Shown here one piece after another: positions 57,665 to 64,000 of a stretch of 64,000 nt of DNA. This DNA is from Planctomycetota bacterium. GTDB lineage: Bacteria; Planctomycetota; B15-G4. Under the pieces are notes generated by a model. It was not told the origin of the DNA. It did not search any database and saw only the letters and a program-made list of their open reading frames with translations. Positions within the stretch are counted from its first letter, which is position 1; each line of letters starts with the position of its first letter. Location: NCBI GenBank assembly GCA_038212275.1, contig JBBQUR010000011.1, positions 102,872 through 166,871 on the forward strand. Reading direction: 5' to 3'. The position numbers and the translations under genes are program-made.

Positions 57665-58303
57665 TCAGGGCTGCAGGCGCCCGTCATCCCGGACGGTGCC
57701 GCTTCGCGCGGCCAGCGCCGCGTCGTCGTAGAAGGCCAGTTCGTGGCCCTCACCGGCGCGCAGCTTGGCGATCCAGGCGATCTGGCCGGTGTGCCAGCTC
57801 ATGTGCTCGGTCACGTGCAGCACGGCGCCGAGCACGTTGGTGTCGAAGCCCTGGATGGTGACCGGTGCGAGGAGAGCGGCCGCGTCGAGGCGCTCGATCA
57901 CCGCGCACGCAGCACGCACCGTGGCGCCAAGCTCGGAGATCAGCGACGCCGCATCACGCGCCGCATCACGCGCCGCGTCGCGCGCCGCGAACTCGGCGTC
58001 GCGCTCGCGATGGTCCGGCGCGCCGCCGAGACCCGACACGATCCACTGGTGCAGGTTGCCGCGCAGGTGCAGCAGCAGATTGCCGACGCTCGTGGTGCGC
58101 TCGTGAGGCCGCCACCACACGTCGCCCGGAGGCATTTCTGCAAGCGCGCGCTGAAGGCGCGGCAGGTATGTCTCGCGCAGCAGCTCGATGCACTGCGCGG
58201 TGACCGCGCCCGCCAGCAGGGCAGCCGCCGGGGCAGCCGCCGGGTCAGGCGCCCGCTCGCCCCGAAGCGGCTCCCCATCCGGCTGCGGCCGCGGGGCGGC
58301 CAC
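57665..58303 (-). CDS. DinB/DUF1572-like four-helix bundle protein
   Basis: VWWRP..SVGNLLLHLRGNLHQWI, RERDAEF, HVTEHMSWHTGQI. Confidence 0.85.
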   Translation of the reverse strand: MAAPRPQPDGEPLRGERAPDPAAAPAAALLAGAVTAQCIELLRETYLPRLQRALAEMPPGDVWWRPHERTTSVGNLLLHLRGNLHQWIVSGLGGAPDHRERDAEFAARDAARDAARDAASLISELGATVRAACAVIERLDAAALLAPVTIQGFDTNVLGAVLHVTEHMSWHTGQIAWIAKLRAGEGHELAFYDDAALAARSGTVRDDGRLQP

Positions 58304-58307
58304 GCGC

Positions 58308-58505
58308 TCAGCGCTCCTCGAACTTGATCACCTGCACCGGACACAGGTCGGCGGCGCGTCGGACCTTGGCGTCGTGCGGCCCCGGGTCGACGCCGGCCCG
58401 CACCGTGGCGCCGTCGGTCAGGACGTGAAAGACTTCCGGACAGGTGTCCTCGCTGATGTTGCAGCGAATGCAGCCGGGCTCGATCCAGACCTTGCTGATG
58501 ACCAC
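58308..58505 (-). CDS. Monocluster-type ferredoxin with CxxCxxS variant motif
   Basis: KVWIEPGCIRCNISEDTCPEVF...AADLCPVQVI; GGAG RBS. Confidence 0.88.
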   Translation of the reverse strand: MVISKVWIEPGCIRCNISEDTCPEVFHVLTDGATVRAGVDPGPHDAKVRRAADLCPVQVIKFEER

Positions 58506-58827
58506 GACGAACTCCAGGAACGGGGGCGACGGCTCTCGAGCGAAGGGGTCGCGCAGCCGCGAATCGCCGACGAGGGGCGGATTCTAGCCTGCGCTTCCGG
58601 CAGTCTGCCCCCGGCATCTCCCCGGGAACACGAGCGACGGCTGGCGCGGGTTGCGGCGGGTGGCTGCTGCCGGCGCCAGATGCTGCCGCAGGGCCAATTC
58701 ATGCCGCGGTCGGCACCACCGTGGTGCGCGAGCGGCCAATACTCCAGAATGAGCCACATCCCGTCGGGCTCCGCTGGAGCGAGGACGGACCTGACCCGCC
58801 CCTGTTCCCGACACTCGACGACTCCGC

Positions 58828-60357
58828 ATGACAGAACCACGATCCTCCGGCCCACGTTCCTCCGGCTCTGGAGGCCGCCCACCGCGCCGGCGCGGAGGAC
58901 GCGGTGGTCGCGGACGCAGCGGCTCCACGCACGGAGGCACCGCCGATGCTGCGGCCGATCCGTCGTCCGACAGCAGCCCGGAAGGCCAGCGAGATGCGCC
59001 GGGCGACGGCGCCGACGACGCGTCCGGCAGCGCGACGCCGGACGGCGAGGGTTCGGGAGCCGGCAGCACGCCGGGCCACGCGCCCGCCCACCCGCGCCGG
59101 AACGACGAGTTCGACGACGACGGCGTGGGCATTCCCATGGAGGAGTGCGCCTTCGCGGAATTCGACCTGCACGTGGACCTCATCCGCGCGCTGGCGGCCT
59201 GCGGCTACCGCACTCCGTCCCCCATCCAGGCCCGCACGCTGCCGTACGCGCTCGAAGGCCGCGACGTCATCGGCCAGGCGCGTACCGGCACCGGCAAGAC
59301 CGCCGCCTTCCTCGTGCCGGCACTGCAGACGCTGAGCAAGCGGCCGGGCATCCGCGTGGCGGTCGTCGTGCCGACGCGCGAACTCGCGATGCAGGTCGCG
59401 GAGGAGGCCAAGCGCCTCGGCAGGTTCATGGGCCTCAAGTCCTGCGCGATCTACGGCGGCGACAGCATGGCGCGCCAGCTGCAGGACATCCGCCGCGGCG
59501 TGCAGGTCATCGCCGCCACGCCAGGCCGGCTGCTCGACCACATCGGCCGCGGCACGGTGAAGCTCGAACACCTGGACATGCTCATCCTGGACGAGGCGGA
59601 CCGCATGTTCGACCTCGGCTTCCGCGACGACATCGCGCGCATCATGCGCGCCGCGCCGGGCCGCCGGCAGACGCTGCTGTTCTCGGCCACCATCTCCGAC
59701 GAGGTGATGGCCATCGCCTCGCAGTACATGACCGACCCGGCGAACGTCTTCCTCGCGCCCGACAAGATGACCGTGGACGAGGTCCACCAGACCTTCTTCC
59801 CCGTGGACGGCGACCGCAAGACCTCGCTGCTGTTCAAGGTGCTCGAGCGCGAGAAGCCCGAACGCTCCATCATCTTCACGCGCACCAAGCACGGCGCCGA
59901 CCGCCTGGCCGAGAGCCTGCAGAAGCGCGGCCTGCCTGCCAGCGAGATCCATAGCGGCCTGCCGCAGAAGAAGCGCGAGCGCATCCTCAAGGGCTTCCGC
60001 GACGGCGAGTTCACCTACCTCGTCGCCACCGACGTGGCCGCGCGCGGCCTCGACATCGACGACGTCTCCCACGTGATCAACTACGACATCCCCGAGAACC
60101 CCGAAGACTACGTGCACCGCATCGGGCGCACGGCCCGCATGGGCAAGACCGGGCGCGCGGCCACCTTCGTCACGCCCGACGACGGCGAGTTCCTCACCGG
60201 GATCGAGAAGCTGATCAACAAGGAGATCACGGTCGAGCACCTGCCCGACTTCAACCACCCGAGCATGGGCCCCGGCGCCGGGGCACCCAAGGTGCCGCAG
60301 ATGCCCAAGTACACGCGCACCATGCAGGGCTACGTGCGCTCGCGCACCAAGCGCTGA
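58828..60357 (+). CDS. DEAD-box RNA helicase with disordered Arg/Gly-rich N-terminus
   Basis: PSPIQ, ARTGTGKT, PTRELA, TPGR, DEAD, SAT, ARGLD, HRIGRTAR. Confidence 0.97.
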   Translation: MTEPRSSGPRSSGSGGRPPRRRGGRGGRGRSGSTHGGTADAAADPSSDSSPEGQRDAPGDGADDASGSATPDGEGSGAGSTPGHAPAHPRRNDEFDDDGVGIPMEECAFAEFDLHVDLIRALAACGYRTPSPIQARTLPYALEGRDVIGQARTGTGKTAAFLVPALQTLSKRPGIRVAVVVPTRELAMQVAEEAKRLGRFMGLKSCAIYGGDSMARQLQDIRRGVQVIAATPGRLLDHIGRGTVKLEHLDMLILDEADRMFDLGFRDDIARIMRAAPGRRQTLLFSATISDEVMAIASQYMTDPANVFLAPDKMTVDEVHQTFFPVDGDRKTSLLFKVLEREKPERSIIFTRTKHGADRLAESLQKRGLPASEIHSGLPQKKRERILKGFRDGEFTYLVATDVAARGLDIDDVSHVINYDIPENPEDYVHRIGRTARMGKTGRAATFVTPDDGEFLTGIEKLINKEITVEHLPDFNHPSMGPGAGAPKVPQMPKYTRTMQGYVRSRTKR

Positions 60358-60381
60358 CCAGGCGCGAGGGCCTGCTGACGC

Positions 60382-60580
60382 GCTGTGTTCCGCTTCCGCG
60401 GCGGTAGTTCTGACCGCGCCGAGGGCGACGGAGGTGGGGAGTCGCGTGGCGGTGTGAGTGCGCCGGGGCGGGAGGGTTGTCCGGCGCTGCGCCCGTGGGG
60501 CAACGGGACTCGTCATGGTTCCGGGAGCGGCGCCCTTCGCGCCGGACAAACCTTCCGTCCCGCGCACGCCGACGCAGCTT
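60382..60580. repeat. ~200-bp structured intergenic repeat, copy 1
   Basis: Aligns by eye with 63803-64000; internal inverted repeat GGGAGGGTTGTCCGGCGC ... GCGCCGGACAAACCTTCC. Confidence 0.85.
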
Positions 60581-60808
60581 GTTCCGTGCCAGACGAGGCG
60601 GTCAGCACTCCCGGTGTCTGCGCTTCACGGCGCCGGCACGCGCGGAGCCGTCGCCTGCGACACGTCTCCCTGCGCTGAGGCCCGGCGGAGGGCTTGTCGC
60701 ACCGATGCAACAGTCCGGGTCGCGGTCCGTCCGATAGGGACGGTCCAGCCCTCGACGGCCGGCGCGCACGGAAGCGGCCGGGCGGAGGCACCCCGGGCCG
60801 AGGTAGCC

Positions 60809-61405
60809 ATGCATCGGCGTCCCACACTCACGCAGCGCGACGGGTTGTTCTCGACCACCCGCTACATCCTGTACGGCAATCGCGTGCGCGTGATCCGGCA
60901 GTCGCCGCTCGTGAGGGACGACCAGTACATCCCGATGTCGGCCGTGGACCCCGACCCGCGCGTCGTGCGCACGCCCGACCTGCGGCTCACCTCCATGTCG
61001 TTGCTGCTGTTCGCGCCCGCGCTCGCCGGACTGGCCGGCTGGCCGGCGCCGATGGGCACCGGCGCCACCGTCGCGAGCTTCGGGCTGGCGCTTGCCGGTG
61101 CGGTGCTGCTCGCCAGTCGCGCGTGGCCCGGCCGCACCTACGTCCAGCACGGCGCGCTGCAGATGGTGGCAGACCAGCCGGACGCGCAGACCTTCCGCCA
61201 CTTCGAGTCGCACCTCATCTCGGCCACGCGTGAGCGGCTGCTCGCCGAGGGCGAGGACGGCACCGAGGGCGCGGACGGGCGCATCTCCCTGGCGCAGGAA
61301 ATCCGGCGACTGCACGAGCATTGCGCGCAGGGGCATCTCACGCGCGACGCCTTCGCGCGCCAGAAGGCGCGGCTCATCGCGCGCATCCGGGACTTCGTGC
61401 GATGA
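60809..61405 (+). CDS. 2-TM membrane protein with SHOCT-like C-terminus (trio member A)
   Basis: GAGGT RBS; two TM helices; ADQPD...F motif; SLAQEIRRLHEHCAQGHLTRDAFARQKARL. Confidence 0.78.
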   Translation: MHRRPTLTQRDGLFSTTRYILYGNRVRVIRQSPLVRDDQYIPMSAVDPDPRVVRTPDLRLTSMSLLLFAPALAGLAGWPAPMGTGATVASFGLALAGAVLLASRAWPGRTYVQHGALQMVADQPDAQTFRHFESHLISATRERLLAEGEDGTEGADGRISLAQEIRRLHEHCAQGHLTRDAFARQKARLIARIRDFVR

Positions 61406-62019
61406 ACCCCGACGAGGACTGCCGCGAAGGGCCGCGCGAGTCGCCGCTGGCTTCGTTCGAGCAGCGCGTCGGCGGACACCGCAACCATTTCGAACTCTTC
61501 GTGGACCGCGTGAGCTGCCACGCCAGCGACCTGCTGGGGAGCCGCCGCGTCACGCTGCCGCTGGACACGCTCTCGCCGCACGTCGTCGTGCGCCAGCGCG
61601 GGCCGACGCTTGCCCTCGTCGCCGGCATCGCGGGGGCCGCAGCCGCGCTGCTGCTCACGGACGCGAACTGGCTGCTCTCCATGGTCTTCGTCACCGTCGG
61701 CTGCGTGACGTGGTTCGTCGGGCGGCGGCAGTACATCGTGTTCCCCGGCCAGATCGTGGATCTGGAGCTGTATCGAGACATGCCCGATGCGGCCAGTGCG
61801 CGACGCTTCGTGGCGCAGGTCGTGCGGCGCATCGAGTCGCTCCAGCACGAGCTCAAGACCATGGAAAAGCAGCGCGCCGGCGACCAGGCCTTCGACCGCG
61901 TCGACGAACTGCTTGCCTTCCGCGACCTGTACGCGGAGGGCATCATCGACCGCACCGAGATGCGCGTGGCCGCCGAGTCGCTGGCACGCAGGGACCAGGG
62001 GCGCATTGGATTCCGCTGA
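61402..62019 (+). CDS. 2-TM membrane protein with SHOCT-like C-terminus (trio member B)
   Basis: ATGA overlap with member A; two TM helices; RDMPD...F motif; DELLAFRDLYAEGIIDRTE. Confidence 0.78.
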   Translation: MNPDEDCREGPRESPLASFEQRVGGHRNHFELFVDRVSCHASDLLGSRRVTLPLDTLSPHVVVRQRGPTLALVAGIAGAAAALLLTDANWLLSMVFVTVGCVTWFVGRRQYIVFPGQIVDLELYRDMPDAASARRFVAQVVRRIESLQHELKTMEKQRAGDQAFDRVDELLAFRDLYAEGIIDRTEMRVAAESLARRDQGRIGFR

Positions 62020-62788
62020 CCGCGAGCCGCACGACGCCGGCAACCACACCGAAGTCGCCGACGAGGTCGACCAAGTGGACGACACCTCGTCGCGACCGTC
62101 GCTGCAGCAGCGCTTCTCGCCCCTCGCGACGGTGATCACGACCGTGCATGCCGAAGGTCTGGTCATCGAGGTCCGGCGCCCCTTCCGCCAGCGCACAGTG
62201 GCGGTGGGCTTCGAGCGGCTCGTGCTCGAGCCGTCCAGCATCGTGTCCCTCCGTCCAGGCCTGCTCTGGCTGGCCGGCGCCCTGTGCGCAGCCGGACTGC
62301 TGGTCTCGCTGCTCGCTTCACCCGCCTCGCTTGCTTCGCCGGTGTCGCTTGCCTCTCCGGTCTCAACCGCCTCAACAGCCTCGCCCGCCTCGCCCGTCGG
62401 GGCGGGCGTGATGCCCGTCGCTCCGGATGCCGCGCAGGGCGGACTGCACCTGCTGGCGCCCCTGCTGCTCGTGCTCGGCGTGCTCGTCCTGCTCGTGGCC
62501 GTCAGCCATCCGCGACGCGTCACGTTGTTTCTCGACCGCGAGGCCGGCCTGCACCCGAGCTTTCTGCGCGACGGCCCGAACGAGGCGGAGGCAGAGGCCT
62601 TCGTGCAACTCGTGCGCCGCGCGATCATCGACTTCCGCTGCCGTCCGCCCGACACGGACGACGACGAGGAGACGGCGCCCGCGCCGCGCCTCGCCACCAC
62701 GCTGGACGCGTTGATGTCGATGCAGCGCGACGAACTGCTGAGCACGCCCGAGCTCAGCTACTTCCGCGAACTCGCGCTCCGCCGCTGA
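62006..62788 (+). CDS. 2-TM membrane protein with degenerate SHOCT-like C-terminus (trio member C)
   Basis: Coding-like part of ORF 61787..62788; start uncertain (TTG 62006 or GTG 62075); RDGPN...F motif; LATTLDALMSMQRDELLSTPE; internal ASP-rich repeat. Confidence 0.7.
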   Translation: MDSADREPHDAGNHTEVADEVDQVDDTSSRPSLQQRFSPLATVITTVHAEGLVIEVRRPFRQRTVAVGFERLVLEPSSIVSLRPGLLWLAGALCAAGLLVSLLASPASLASPVSLASPVSTASTASPASPVGAGVMPVAPDAAQGGLHLLAPLLLVLGVLVLLVAVSHPRRVTLFLDREAGLHPSFLRDGPNEAEAEAFVQLVRRAIIDFRCRPPDTDDDEETAPAPRLATTLDALMSMQRDELLSTPELSYFRELALRR

Positions 62789-62830
62789 TTCACCGCTTCC
62801 CAAGGCCGGCGCCGCATTGATAATCGCGGC

Positions 62831-63793
62831 GTGACTGTCACGGGCAAGGACGAGGATGCGACGGCCGGCAAGCTGACTGGCCTCGTCACGGGCGTGGGCA
62901 GCCAGTCCCTGCTGGTTCACGTGCCGGGCCGCGGCCAGGTGCGCTGCACCCTGCGCGGCACGCTCTGGCACGAGGACTCCGACGAAACGCGCCCCGTCGC
63001 CGTGGGCGATCGCGTCCGGCTCGCGATCGAGCGCGACGAGGGCGTCATCGAGGAGCTGCTGCCGCGCACCAACTGCCTTGCGCGCCCTGACGCCGGAAAG
63101 GCCGGACGCGAGGACCGCAAGGGCAAGAGCGCGCGCCTGCAGGTCATCGCCGCGAACATCGACCGCCTCGTCGTCGTCGCGTCGCTGGCAGACCCGCCCT
63201 TCCGGCCCGGGCTCGCGGACCGCTTCCTCGTGGCCGCCGCATCGCAGGACCTGACGCCGGTGCTCGTCCTCAACAAGTGCGACCTCGCGGAGCCCGCCGC
63301 ACTCGCGCTCGCGGCGCCCTACGCGGGCTTCGGCTTGCGCGTCATCACGACGAGTTGCACCACCGGCGTCGGCATCACGGAACTCGCGCAGCTCATGGGC
63401 GACGGCGTCAGCCTGCTCGTCGGTCACTCCGGCGTGGGCAAGACGAGCCTGCTCAACGCCGTGTCACCCGGGCTTGCCCTCACCACCGGAAGCGTGAGCA
63501 GCTACCACGGCCGCGGACGCCACACGACCACGAAGACCACGCTGCTGCCGCTGGCCGGCGGCGGCTTCGTCGTGGACAGTCCCGGCATCCGCGAGTTCGG
63601 CGTCACCGGCGTGAACGAGGCCGAACTCGCGCGCCTCTATCCCGGCTTCGGCGATCTGCCCGACCACTGCCGCTTCACCGACTGCCGCCACCGCAGCGAG
63701 CCGGGCTGCGCCGTGCGTGCCGCTGTCGCTTCGGGCGCCATCGCGACGGACAGGCATGAGGCATATCTGCGGCTCCTCGAGGGGCTGCCCTGA
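62831..63793 (+). CDS. rsgA: Ribosome small subunit-dependent GTPase A
   Basis: OB-fold AVGDRV; circularly permuted GTPase NKCD, GHSGVGKTS, GRHTTT, DSPG; Zn finger CRFTDCRHRSEPGC. Confidence 0.96.
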   Translation: MTVTGKDEDATAGKLTGLVTGVGSQSLLVHVPGRGQVRCTLRGTLWHEDSDETRPVAVGDRVRLAIERDEGVIEELLPRTNCLARPDAGKAGREDRKGKSARLQVIAANIDRLVVVASLADPPFRPGLADRFLVAAASQDLTPVLVLNKCDLAEPAALALAAPYAGFGLRVITTSCTTGVGITELAQLMGDGVSLLVGHSGVGKTSLLNAVSPGLALTTGSVSSYHGRGRHTTTKTTLLPLAGGGFVVDSPGIREFGVTGVNEAELARLYPGFGDLPDHCRFTDCRHRSEPGCAVRAAVASGAIATDRHEAYLRLLEGLP

Positions 63794-63802
63794 GTCGGGG
63801 CG

Positions 63803-64000
63803 GCTTTGTTTCGCGGTCGCGCCGGGGGTGCTGACCGCGTTGAGGCCGAGGCAGGGATGAGTCGCATGGCACGGGGGGTGCGCGGGGCGGGAGGATTGTC
63901 CGGCGCTGCGCCCGTGGGGCGGACGGACGCGTTACGGTTCCGGGCGCGGCGCCCTTCGCACCGGACAAACCCCCCGTCCCGCGCTCGCCGAGGCAGGCTT
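63803..64000. repeat. ~200-bp structured intergenic repeat, copy 2 (may extend past the window edge)
   Basis: Same orientation as and similar to 60382-60580; shared blocks CTGACCGCG, GAGTCGC.TGGC, TTGTCCGGCGCTGCGCCCGTGGGGC, GGTTCCGGG, GCGGCGCCCTTCGC.CCGGACAAACC, CCGTCCCGCGC. Confidence 0.85.

Noticed and set aside
60458..60808. N-terminal extension of trio member A and small ORFs over the 200-bp repeat (also 63675..63968)
   Set aside because: These frames run through the non-coding repeat; their similarity (GAKGAAPGT) reflects the DNA repeat, and a good RBS precedes ATG 60809.

Overview
A gene-dense, very GC-rich bacterial window with about 50 genes. It probably comes from an uncultured Planctomycetota-like lineage, inferred from the ECF sigma/Ser-Thr kinase pair, several sulfatase-fold proteins and secreted proteins with Planctomycete-style architecture; this assignment is unverified. 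Recognisable content: (1) a POT peptide transporter and an M28 peptidase; (2) hemE; (3) a cell-envelope modification cluster with three sulfatase-fold proteins, an MBOAT, an SGNH protein and a GT-C glycosyltransferase; (4) a head-to-head ECF sigma factor and TPR kinase; (5) phospholipase D, PHP hydrolase, channel and CBS genes; (6) a B12-radical SAM enzyme; (7) a heme cluster (hemA, hemC-hemD fusion, hemB, hemL plus a two-component system) interrupted by a lower-GC two-gene insert, which encodes a copper radical oxidase frameshifted at a C10 tract and a beta-propeller repeat protein; (8) a TetR-controlled ABC/MFP/TolC exporter; (9) an orphan eboE, a ferredoxin, a DEAD-box helicase and rsgA. 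The best candidates for undescribed biology are three dispersed paralogs of an unrecognised ~520-550 aa exported protein family with a degenerate gluzincin-like signature, a tandem trio of divergent 2-TM/SHOCT-like membrane proteins bracketed (with rsgA) by two copies of a ~200-bp structured repeat, and a recurring TAnnnT-N6-9-ATG pattern suggesting many leaderless genes. I found no rRNA, tRNA, CRISPR array or transposase. All calls come from reading motifs by eye; no searches were run.
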